From an uncultured Gemmataceae bacterium (GTDB taxonomy: Bacteria > Planctomycetota > Planctomycetia > Gemmatales > Gemmataceae), in the NCBI GenBank assembly GCA_963750165.1, contig CAVVPN010000003.1, positions 512,001 through 576,000 on the forward strand: a stretch of 64,000 bases of DNA, given 5' to 3'. The notes under the pieces are model-generated. The model was given only the letters and a program-made list of their open reading frames with translations. It did no database searches and was not told where the DNA came from. Below are positions 39,255 through 50,100 of the stretch, piece after piece. Within the stretch, counting starts at the first letter, position 1. The number at the start of each line of letters is the position of its first letter. The position numbers were made by a program, and so were the translations under genes.

Positions 39255-39997
39255 CACTGACCAATCCTTTGGGTTCCCTCCCTGCTTGATTTCTACACCC
39301 CAACCAGATGCCGTATGGAACTGCAATTCTGTGTGCATCGGCGCCATTCTCGACGGGGGCGCGCGGTTCGCGCGGGACCGAAGGGCCGATGGTCCAACCG
39401 CCAACAAGGAGCCCTCTCCGTGTCAAGCACCGGCCAAGAAGGAGCGGGACCGCCCCTGCCACCCCCTCCTATCCCACCATCGCCGCCGGGCCTGCTGCTG
39501 ATTGGCTTCTGGATGCTGCTCGGGGCGTCCGGTGGCATCACCGCCGCCCAGAGCGCCTGGCGACTACTCGACATCCCCGTCGGAGTGGTGAGCATCGCCG
39601 TGCCGGTCGGCGGTGCTGCCGGCGCCCTCGTCGGGGCACTGCTGGGCCTGATCCGCGACCCACGCCTGCAGGCGCTGTTGCTGGCGGTGTTCGCCGGCGC
39701 GGCCGCCGGCGGTGTCGCCGGCCGGGTTTCCTGGGGCGAGGTCGGGGAGGTCGGCGGTCAGGTGGCCGGCGGACTATTGGGAGCGGTCGCCTGGGCGTCC
39801 TGGTTGTACTACGGTCGCAAGAGGTCGTAGACTCCGACGTGAGGTTCTCCGGGGGCGCCGTCCGACTATTCCACGCAATCGTACGGCCCTGCGACGCCAC
39901 CGCCCTGGTACTGGGTATAATGAGTCGGAGGATGTGGGAAAAATACGCTGCAAAAGCAGGCGAAACGAACGATAACAAATCCATCGAAGGGGCACCG

Positions 39998-40201
39998 ATG
40001 CATCAGTTATCAAGCGCCGAGCGGCTCTTCACAACGCGCGAGTTCGACCGCTGGTGGGAGGCCCAGGGCCGAGCCGGCGCACTGCAATACTCGCTCGACC
40101 CCGCTTCGGCCAGGGTTCTGGCCTGGGAAGCGTGGCGGAAGGGACGAGAGCAACTGAGCGAGGCCACGGCCGCGCAGCTGTTGCAACCGGCTCGCAAGTA
40201 G
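39998..40201 (+). CDS. Small hypothetical protein
   Basis: AAGGGG RBS; FDRWWEAQG..AWEAWRKGR. Confidence 0.4.
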   Translation: MHQLSSAERLFTTREFDRWWEAQGRAGALQYSLDPASARVLAWEAWRKGREQLSEATAAQLLQPARK

Positions 40202-40272
40202 GTTCCGCGCGCGGGCGATCCGCGCGCACGGAGTCCAAAATTCTTTCCCGCCCGTACTGAACGGAGACCCGG

Positions 40273-40518
40273 ATGAGGAAGGTTGCGACGGTTGTGTCGT
40301 GGGTCGTCTACCTGATGACCGTTTACAAGAAGGAGGGGAGCATGCGCGCCGTCTGCGAGCAGGGCGAGTGGGACGAGATGGAACTGGCGCGACCCGGCTA
40401 CCACACGCTCGTCCAGTCCGGCATCCCGAACGAGGGCGAGGCGGAGCGGCTGGCGCGGGGCACTTCGGGCGACACGCACAGACAGGGTTATGCGAAAAAG
40501 TCGTCCATCAGGGGATAG
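40273..40518 (+). CDS. Small hypothetical protein
   Basis: GGAG RBS; protein-like AVCEQGEWDEME..NEGEAERLAR. Confidence 0.55.
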   Translation: MRKVATVVSWVVYLMTVYKKEGSMRAVCEQGEWDEMELARPGYHTLVQSGIPNEGEAERLARGTSGDTHRQGYAKKSSIRG

Positions 40519-40789
40519 CGCGCGACAGGAGCCCTGGGTTCCCGGTCTGGGGACGACGACAGCCTGGGAAAACGGTCGAGGGCCAGGCGCAGTGCCGGTG
40601 CTGGCTGAATCCCCGGGTAGGAATCGGGAAGCCGTTTGTGGAGAGTTGGAAGGGGGCCGGTATGGCCACCACCCCTGGGGCATCCTCCGTGAATGGCCCG
40701 TGGGGGTGGCGTAAGCGGTTGGGCAAATCAAGGTGGAAATCGGCCTCTTGGCGGCCCACTCCCTTCCTCACGGCACAGGAGTGGCGGAA

Positions 40790-41083
40790 TCAAGGGGAGG
40801 GCAGCATAGGCCCCTCGCGCACGTACATCTGTCGGCCGCAGAACATCGCCGGTTCGCAGTCCGCATGGTCGGTCAGTTCGTTGTACTCCGCCTGGGTGAA
40901 TACCTCGGGGGGGCCCCGGGTCAGGCAGGTTTTGCGGAGATAGATCTCCTCGCGATCGACCGTGACGTGACGGGGCGCCTCCACCCCCAGGCGCACTTTG
41001 GCACTAACGATCTCGGCCACGACCACGCGAATCTTGCCTGCGATGACGATGGCCTCATGCACTCTGCGGGTCAACACCAACAT
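40790..41083 (-). CDS. csrA: Second CsrA with C-terminal extension
   Basis: AAGGAGG RBS; MLVLTRRVHEAIVIAGKIRVVV..KVRLGVEAPRHVTVDREEIY. Confidence 0.88.
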   Translation of the reverse strand: MLVLTRRVHEAIVIAGKIRVVVAEIVSAKVRLGVEAPRHVTVDREEIYLRKTCLTRGPPEVFTQAEYNELTDHADCEPAMFCGRQMYVREGPMLPSP

Positions 41084-41259
41084 GGCATTCCCTCCTTGAC
41101 GTCTCGGCCGCCGACATGACGGCCGACTCGGCGGACCTCCGGGGAGGGGGAAGGGGGGCGCCCGCACTTCCTTGCGCAGCAATGGCCGTCCCAAGGCCCC
41201 GCCGACCCCTTCCCGCCACCCCGGAATTGCTCCGGCCCGCTCGTCCCGTCATCGGCGAC

Positions 41260-41369
41260 AAAAAAAGCCGACGCGGTGGAACGCTCCAAGGCATTCGACC
41301 GCGTCGGCTTACTCTTCAACGGCCCTCCCTGCGTCGGCGGGTTGGCCTTTGATTAGTCATCCGATGACT
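41260..41369 (-). promoter_or_regulatory. Conserved structured leader ending in an intrinsic terminator (copy 2)
   Basis: The reverse complement aligns along its whole length with 27350-27460; it lies upstream of csrA. Confidence 0.75.
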
Positions 41370-41632
41370 TAGAGGTAGAGGGTATGTGCTGACGCTGAGG
41401 AAATCAAGTGCAGTATCGTTCAGCTGAATTGCAGCGGATATCAACGATCTTATCACTGTTGTTTTGAAGCGGCCCACTTCCGCCAGTTCCTTCAGCCACT
41501 CTACAACCAAAGGGAAAAAACCGGAGACGTTGGCACGCGCTGAACTGGCCGGGGCGGGAAGGCTTGTTGCCACTCGATGGAAGTAATATGTTCTTGAACG
41601 GTGGTCCCGGAAAGGCGCGTCTTGTATGAGGC

Positions 41633-42784
41633 ATGACCATGTCGCACCTTTTTGCCGTCTCGGTTCTCTTCATGGCGGGTGCAGCGGTTCAATCACCCGG
41701 CAACCCGGACAAGGAGTTCTCGGCTCTCAAGAAAGAATACGAAGCCGATGACAAGAAACTGAGGGAGTTGATCGAACCGTTGCTCAAGCAACGCGACGCC
41801 ACGAAAGACAAGGAGGAAGAACATCAGCTGAACCTGAAGGCCGAGGCGCTGCTCAGCGAACGAGCGCGGAAATACGCGGCCAGGTTCCTGGCGTTCGCGG
41901 AAGCCCATCCGCAAGCCCCGGCAGCTTTTGAGGCGTTGGTCCTTGCCCTGCGTGCGGGGGGCCAGTACGCGGTTGACTCGGGCGTGCGTTGGAAAGTCAT
42001 CGATCGGTTGACCGATTACGCCGCCAGCCCCAAGATCAAGGAGATTCTGCGCCAGGCCACGGGCATTCCCCATGAATCCGCCGACAGGCTGGCGCGGGAA
42101 GTCATCAAGAAAAACCCGGACCGCACGATCCAGGCGCTGGCCTGCCAGGGCACAGCCGATGGCTTGTGGTTGGTGGCCCGCGCTGCCGAGAAGGCCAGGA
42201 CCGACGCCGGGAGACGAGCGGACCTCGAACGCCGGGTCGGCAAGAAATACGCCGAGCAGGCCCTCGCCGGAGTGGCCAAGGCCCGCAAGGACGCCGCGGC
42301 GTGGGACGCCATCGTCTGGAAGAATTACGCGGACGTTGTTTTTGATTCATCGGTCGGCAAGCCGGCCCCGGAATTGATCGGCAGCGATCTCGCGGGCAAG
42401 GAAGTGCGGCTGAGCACTCTCAAGGGCAAGGTGGTGGTCCTGGAGGTGTGGGCCTCTTCGGAGCGCACCTGTCGGGGCGTGATCCCGCTGCAACGAGAAT
42501 TGGTGGAGCGGCACAAGGGCAGTCCCTTCGTATTCGTCGGGATCAGCGCTGACAAGAAGAAGGAAACCCTCCTGGAATTCCTGGCCCGGGAGCCCCTGCC
42601 CTGGACGCACTGGTGGAACGGCAGCGAGGGCGGCATACTCTCGGCCTGGAAGATCAGCGTCCTGCCGACCGTCATTGTTCTGGATGCGAAAGGGGTCATT
42701 CGTTATCGAGCCGCGGGCAATGAAGGCATTGCCGGTATGCACCGCGCCGTCGATAGGTTGCTCAAGGAACTGAAGGATAGGTAA
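41633..42784 (+). CDS. Secreted TlpA/redoxin-fold protein with degenerate active site
   Basis: VGKPAPELIGSDLAGKEVRLSTLKGKVVVLEVWASSERTC..LPT.IVLDAKGVIRYR. Confidence 0.82.
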   Translation: MTMSHLFAVSVLFMAGAAVQSPGNPDKEFSALKKEYEADDKKLRELIEPLLKQRDATKDKEEEHQLNLKAEALLSERARKYAARFLAFAEAHPQAPAAFEALVLALRAGGQYAVDSGVRWKVIDRLTDYAASPKIKEILRQATGIPHESADRLAREVIKKNPDRTIQALACQGTADGLWLVARAAEKARTDAGRRADLERRVGKKYAEQALAGVAKARKDAAAWDAIVWKNYADVVFDSSVGKPAPELIGSDLAGKEVRLSTLKGKVVVLEVWASSERTCRGVIPLQRELVERHKGSPFVFVGISADKKKETLLEFLAREPLPWTHWWNGSEGGILSAWKISVLPTVIVLDAKGVIRYRAAGNEGIAGMHRAVDRLLKELKDR

Positions 42785-43318
42785 GCCCGGGACCGCGATA
42801 GCATAGTGGACCCCGAAAACTGGATCGCCAATGCCGCCTCAAAGGACCCAGGACCGTCAATGAGTTGGCCAGCCAGTACGGGGTCCGCCCGACTCACCCA
42901 TCAAGACGACGGACACCGACAGTAATGTTGCGGTGGGACTGATCGATGGGCCGAGTGGTGGCGCCAAATCGTCGTTGGTGCAGGCGATACTCAAGGATCC
43001 TTGCCGGTGCTACGGCCGCCACCGCAGTCCTTTCGGTAGCCGGCACTGTCGTAATAACGCCCAAGTTGTCCTCAAGACCAATGAGGCAACCGCGTCCTGT
43101 CGAAGGGGTGTCCCCTCACACCGCCGTGGTAGATCGAGGGAGAACAGCCAATCAAACAGGGCAGTGGCCCTGGAAGGCGGGCCTGCGCGCCGAGGGCAAC
43201 CGGACCGACAGATTACCTCGGTGCGCTGGGCAAACCGGCTGGCGAGAGGTTCCTTGTAACCGAAGGGCGCAAGCCGCCGGCCTCACAGATCGTCCAGCCG
43301 TAAACAGCAGGAAACTCG

Positions 43319-44038
43319 TCAGCCACACACCTCGACGCCGGCCCTCCGTCCTCGTCGCAGGACCCACCAGGCGGCGGGCGACAGAGCCGTGATCGCGAGC
43401 AGCAGTGATGACGGCTCCGGCACCACGGCCGACCCCGAACCGCTCACAGTGATCGTCCCGTCCGGCGCGTTGAAACTGAGGTTGTTGTCCTGGTCGTCCG
43501 AAAGGCTGGTCGTCGGATAGGACAGGAACGAGACAGTGACCGGGCCGTTCGGCGTGCCCGCGGCGACGTTGAACGACACGTGAGCCAGGCCCACCGTTTC
43601 ACCCGACCCCAGTGACGTGCCGCCGACGGCGGCGAAATCGGAGGCCGTCAACGAGAGGCCCGGCGCGGACGGGGCGATGTCCGGCCCGAACAGGGAGTTG
43701 CCCACGGACGTGGTGATGTCCGGCCCGAACAGAGAGTTGCCAGCGAAGACGTACGGTAACGTCGTGTTGATCTGGGCGTCCGTGAACGTGATATTCGACG
43801 ACGAACTCTGGATGCCGAACGAAAAGCCGGCGATCGTCACCGCGCTGGAACCGGAATTGGTCAGCGTGATTTCGAGGTCATTGCTCGTTGAGCCGGCAGT
43901 TGCCGTGGTCGATTGTACGTTCAAGGTCAGTATGAAACCCGCCGAGGCGGGTGCGACGGCGAGTAGCAGCACTGCCACGGCGACGGCCAGGTACCGGAAC
44001 TCCGCGAAGGAGCAAGAACGGTTGGGTGAGTGGTTCAT
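43319..44038 (-). CDS. PEP-CTERM protein with cohesin-like domain
   Basis: Signal peptide; C-terminal VPEPSSLLL + TM + RRGRR; the beta-sandwich pattern resembles cohesin. Confidence 0.78.
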   Translation of the reverse strand: MNHSPNRSCSFAEFRYLAVAVAVLLLAVAPASAGFILTLNVQSTTATAGSTSNDLEITLTNSGSSAVTIAGFSFGIQSSSSNITFTDAQINTTLPYVFAGNSLFGPDITTSVGNSLFGPDIAPSAPGLSLTASDFAAVGGTSLGSGETVGLAHVSFNVAAGTPNGPVTVSFLSYPTTSLSDDQDNNLSFNAPDGTITVSGSGSAVVPEPSSLLLAITALSPAAWWVLRRGRRAGVEVCG

Positions 44039-44145
44039 GAAGCATTCCTCAAGTCAGAGTAACGAAGGTCTTTTCCATCCATCCTACCAACGCCGGCGTT
44101 TCGTGTCCCCCGCCGCCGGCCTCCTGGACACAGGGCCGGAGTCGG

Positions 44146-47100
44146 TTACAGGTGGGCTCCGATCCGGCTGCGTGCGAGCCCCATGTCCGTGTTGTCCACC
44201 ACGCCGTCGCCGTTGATGTCCATGAAGATGTCGTAGGGCTGGCCGATGGCGTTCCGGACCGCAACCACGTCGGCAGCGTCCACGGCCCCGTGGCCGAGGG
44301 TGTCGCCGTAGAGGACATTGAAATTCTGCGCGAAACCATCGCCCAGCGTATTCCCGGCCGCGTCCTTGACGGCGTCGGGACCGCTGCCGGCCAGCAAGGT
44401 CGAAAACGCGCCAATGGTCAGGGGGCTGATGGTCCAGGTCAGGCTATCGGTGCCCAGACCGCTGAAGCCGGTGACGCTGAGGCCCGCGAGGCTGTTGGCG
44501 TCGGCGGAGGCGATCGGCTTGCTGAAGACGACTTCGATGCCGGTGATCTGCCAGGGCAGGTCGAAGCGTGCCGAGCCGATCAGGTCGTACTTCTGCGAGC
44601 CGAACAGGACGTAGAAGTGCAGCACCGTCGGGGCGGTCGTGTCGATGACCAGGTTGCTGTTGGCGCTGAGCGACCCTGCGGTTCCGGGCGCGGACAGGGC
44701 GAGCAGTGCAGGGTTGGGGTTGTTGTCGGTGTCGGCGATACTGCCGCCCTCGAGCGCCAGGGCGAAGGACGTGGCGGCGTCGAGGCGAGCGCTGTTCTCG
44801 CCGGCACCGACGACGTAGGTGAAGGAGAGGGTGCTCGTGCCGCTGCCGCTGGTGTACTGGGCCGTGCCGCCGGAATTGAGCGCCAGCTGCGGGGTGCCTG
44901 TCACAACCACCGGCTTGCTGAAGGTGACCTGGACCAGGATGGTGGTCCCAATGCCGTAGGTCCCGTTCGCCGTCGTCGTGGTGACGTTTGTCACCGCCGG
45001 GGCGACGGTGTCGATGACCAGGTTGCTGCTGGCACCGAGCGACCCGGGGCCACCGGCGGACGCCAGCGTCAGCACGACCGCGTTCCCATCGGCGTCGCGG
45101 ATGGCGCCGCCATTGAGGGACAGCGCGTTCGAGTCGGTGTAGTCGAGGTGACTGCTGTTCTGGCCACCGGCCACGACGTAGGTGAACACGAGCGTGCTGG
45201 AGCCACTGCCGCGGGTGTACGAGGCCGTGCCGCCAGAATCGAGCGCCAGCTGCGGCGTGCCGGTGACGTTGACGGTCCCGTTGAAGCTCACGCTCATCAG
45301 GATCGTGGCGCCGACGCCGTAGGTTCCGTTCGCCGTCGTCGTGGTGACACTGATCACCGTCAGGGACGAGTTGACGTCCTGCTCGAGGGCAACGGGCGTG
45401 CTGCTCGGCAGAGAGTCGTCCTGGCCGGTATAGGAGGCGGTAATGAAATGCTGGCCGACGGACAGGGTCGAAACGGGGAGCGTCGCCACCCTCCCGACCA
45501 GATCGCTGGTCCCAAGCACGGCCTGGCCGTCGTAGAAGGTGACGCTGCCCGCCGGGACGACACCGCCGGTCGCGGACTGGACGGTGGCCGAGAAGGTGAC
45601 CGTCTGGCCGTAGACCGACCCCGACGGTGCGTCGGAAGTCAGCGTGGTCGTGGTGGCCGAGGCAACGGCGACATCGGAGATGCTGACGGAGCCGTTGAGC
45701 TGCGACGCGTCCGAACCGCCGATGAAGCGGAAGACGAGCCGTCCCGCAAGGCCTTGCAGAGAGGAGATGTCCAGGGTGACAACCTCGGAGCCGCTTGTCG
45801 CGCTCGCCGTAACGGTGACCCCCGTTGCTGCGACAGGCGTCGAGCCGGGCACCACGTCCTGGGCAAAGAACGAGTCGGTCTGCCCCTCAGCCGAGGGGAC
45901 CAGGGTGGCCTGCGTGGTCGGGTCGAGGAGCGAAACTCCGAATGCGTCCGGTGTGGCGCCGGACGGCACGGATTGATCGTACGTGAAGCCGTTGACGGTG
46001 AACGTGAGGGTCGATGCGCCGGTGGGGATGAGGAAGTCCTGGTACAGATCGACTTCGGCGTTCGTCGCGCTCTCGCTGATGACCGCCTGGTGGTTCGCGT
46101 TCACAATCACGTACTGCGGCTCGGACGTGGACCAGGCGGCCAGGTTGTTGGATCCCTGGTTGAACTGACCGTTGGTGAACGGCCCGACCGGCCCGGACGG
46201 CGGCGAGAGCAACAGCGGCTCCCCGTAGGCCGCGATCGGTGTGATGCTCGACTGGGCCAGCGGTAATGTGAACTGCGTGGCGCCGGAGGGTGTGCCCGAG
46301 GTTGTGCCGGAACTGGTTATCGGGGTCTGTGTCGAGGTCAGGGTCGTGGGCGTGGGTGGCGGAGAAGCGGCGTTCGCGACCGCCGCCACAGTGCCTGGGT
46401 TCGAAATGGCGGCGACCGTCCCGGTGCCGGTGGGTTGAGCGGTCTGGTCGATCGGGTCGAGCGCCAGCAGGTCTGCGAGTTGCGGGATGCGCCGCACCCC
46501 GGGCGTGATGGTGAGGTCCATCAGGTCGTGGGGTTCGGCGGAGTTATCGACGTCGGGCAACCCGAGCACGTGGCCCATTTCGTGTTCGACAACGGTGAGC
46601 AAATCGACCGCGCCGTAGGCCGGGCTGCTGCTGGTGGCGTCGAACTCAGTCGGCACAACGGTCTGGCTGAATACGGAGTTGTCCTCCGGGGTGGGGTCGA
46701 TGAACCATCCCGTGCCGGCTGCATCGGGGCTGATGGTGACGACGTTGACCGTGGTCGAGCCGACCTCATCAGCCGGCAGGGTGCCGATCTGGTAGGTGGC
46801 GGTTTGCAGCGCCTGGATCTGCGCGGCGGACGCGCCGGCCGCGGCCCAGTCGGCGATGGCCTGGGCGACGACGGTGCCGAGGATGTTCGGGGTGACCGTT
46901 TCGGACGCCGGGACCGTGCTCGGCGCCGGGGTGGGATCTTGGAGTAGAGCCTGTTGGGGGAGGGGTTGTGGGCTGGGTGCAGCAATGCGCACGTGGTAGT
47001 GCCCGTTGTGCCCAGAGGACCAACTAACGAACCCGACAAAGCCACTGGCAGGGTCATGCCAGAAGTAAGGGTCGTCGTAGAAAATCTGACCGACCGTGGG

Positions 47101-50100
47101 TGCCGTAGCATTCGCTTGGGCGTTCAATTGCTTAAAGTCGTTGAACTGGTTGATCAACAATGGCCTCACCACGTTCAGGTAGACTGGGTCGTAGGCCAGC
47201 AAACCCAGATCGTACAGCAAGGAGAGTTTGGCCTTGGCATTCGAACCCAGCAACTCGGTGGCGGGAACGGGCAGCCAGCCTTGCCAAACGCCCGTTCCGA
47301 TAAACAGGCTCTGAAGTGTGTCGGCCACAGAGCGGACCGCGAACACGTTCGTTCCTTGCGCATTCGTTCCGTAGTATTCCCACAAGACGCCAACGCCGGG
47401 CACAGTGCCCGAGGGATCTTGTGCCGCCGCGAGGCCGTAGAGCGCGGCGGTCGGTCCAGTCTTTTGATTGAACCACTGGAAGAACAAATGCGCGTTGGGG
47501 GCAATTCCTTCAGCGACATGGATCGGCCCTGTCGGATCAACGTCGAATTCGATACCACCTTGATGATCGTGGTGGGAAGGGTTCTTTTTCCCCGGCGCCC
47601 AGAACGGGCCACCCTGGGACAGACTGATGTCGCCGATCTGGAAATTATAGAAATCGAACGGATTGTAAGTGGCCACCTTTGTGACGGCAGCCAGCACCTG
47701 TCCGATCCATTGCGTTCCCCACGTGACGGAACTGTTGGTGAGGGCTGGGGAGTGGAGATTGTAGAAGCCGGAGTAAGGGCTCGCTTGAGCCAGTTGATTC
47801 CAAACCTGGGCGTTCGCCGCATTGAGGTAGGACAAGGTCTGCAGCGGGTCTTGAGAGGCTGTGACAACGCCCGATTGCGCTGCGACCGTGTAATTACCGT
47901 TTTGTCCGGTCACCAGAGCCGCTTGGAACAGCTTGATTGCATAAATCGTTGCGTCATCCGGTTGACCGTTCACCACAAGTCCCTCTGGCTGCGGTGTGTA
48001 TGGGGCGGGGAACGGGACCATGCTACGTGCGCCGGGAATTGTCGTCATTGTCGTCGGCGCGGCGGTGGTCTCGGGATAACCGAGGTAGCGGAGACGCTGT
48101 TGGACGCGGTAGACGTCGAGGGCATAGTCGAGGACGAAATTGGAGCCAGATTGGGGGGAAACGTCGATGGCGTTATTCGCCGGACCGACCGCTCTCGTGT
48201 CGAGCGAAAACGAAGAGTAATCGGGAGAACCGTTGTTGCCGATGCGGACGTACAGAGTCCCGTATTGACGGCCGTACCCAGGATAGGTAAAGGAAAAGGT
48301 CCCCCACACCCAGGTGGCAGGAGGAATGATGCCGTTCCGCAGTCCCAACACCTCCTGATCCGTGATCTTGGGAGCGAGGTAGAAAATGCCGGTGCTTGCG
48401 AAACTTGAGCTGGCGGTAGGCTGCAGGCCTGGGCTGATGAGGTTCGGCGGCTGAACAATGTCGAATTGGGCCGGCATGGTGTTTGGGGCGGGCGGAGTGT
48501 ACAGCAAGACGTCGGCGCCCGAGGCGTCAAAGGAATTGATGTCGAGAATGAAATCGGACGCGCCGTGAATCAGATCCTTCAAATTCTCTTCGACGATGTC
48601 TCCGTAGCCGTGTGGTCCCGAACCGGTGTCTACCACGATGTTATCGTTGGCAAACTGCTGGGAGCCGGACGTTTGAAGGTACTCGGGGCTGCCGGTGTCG
48701 CTGTCGCCGGAAGTGACGCCGACGAGGTACGACTGCATGGCCAGCCCGTGCGGGAGGCCGCCGATGGCGATGGGCGGCTCATCCCCAGGCGCCGGGTTGA
48801 CGGGCTCGAACGACGGGGCGTACGAATCGATCAGGCTCGGGTTGTACACGACGGACGGCGGCAACTGATAGTTGGCATCGACGTCGATGGCCGGATTGAC
48901 CGCGTCGATGCCCTGGACCGTCAGGATTCCCGGGGCTTCCTGGAGGACTTGCGCGATGTTATCAGGCAGGCCCGTGTTGTTCAGTGTGTCACTGATCTGC
49001 CGGATATCATACACCATCAGCGCCCCGGACCCACCCGTGACCGGGATGCCCGCGAAACTGGCGTACAGGTAGTTGCCGTCAGGCGAGACGGCAAGATCGA
49101 ACGGATACCCGTTGGGGATGGTGCGCGTCGCCGCAACGAGCTTCGGGTCGGTGAATGGGTTGGCGATGATGCCAATGGTGCTGCCGGCGGGGTTGAAGGC
49201 CGGGACGCCCTGGTTGTGGCTCGGGATGTTCGGATCCGGAAGGTTGTAGCCGGCGACGAAGGCGTACTTCCCGTCCGGTGTAATGGCGACGGCGCGCGCG
49301 TTGTTGACTTCGAACTCGTCATTCGCATTTCCCTGGAAACTGAACCCGGTAAAGTTGGCCGTCGTGCCCCCCTTGGTGATCAGCCCGAAGGCCTGGTCGT
49401 TGTGCACATAGTCGGTGAATGTGATGCTGTCGTCAGGCCCGGCGGTGACGCCGAACGGGTCCTGGCCCGCGTCGATCGAGTTCACCAACTGCCAGGATGG
49501 GATTTTGTTAGAACCGAGGGTCAGGTCGATGACGAAAATGTGGCCGTTGGCCGGCACGGGCGGCGTGGGCGGCAGTTCCTCGGTAGGGAGCGTGTTGGGC
49601 ACAGCGACGTAGAGCCGGCTGCCGTCGCTGTTGATCGCCAGGCCGCGTAACCCGTACGGGGCGGGGTTGATCCCCCCGAACTGCTGGACGACGGCGTTGG
49701 TCGGATCATCGAGGTTGATCGTGTATCTCAGGGTGTTGTAATGGGGCGACGCCGGGTCAATGTCGATGACGTAAACGAGTGGGTGTGACTCGTCGGTCAC
49801 GTAGGCGTACTGGTCGGCGGGATCGATCGTGATCTGGTACGGGGCGGCGTAGGGTGGAAGCCCGGTGACAGTGGCGACTTGCCGGAGCGCCATGGCATCG
49901 ACCACCGCGATACCCTGATAACCAAGCTCCGTGACGTACGCCCGGGTGTTGTCATGGGTCACCGCCACGTCTCCGGGGAAACTACCCGAGCCCAGCGAGA
50001 TCTCCGCCACGAGCTGGTTGAAGTTCGGGTTGGCGGTGGTCTGGGTGGGGTCATTTAAGTTCACCAGCACGGGCCGTGCGTCGAGCACCGCGAGCTGACC

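Noticed and set aside
41530..41548. Sigma-54 promoter at TTGGCACG
   Set aside because: The -12 TTGC element is missing at the required spacing.
42800..43310. Coding genes between tlpA and the PEP-CTERM gene
   Set aside because: The ORFs lack RBSs and recognisable motifs.
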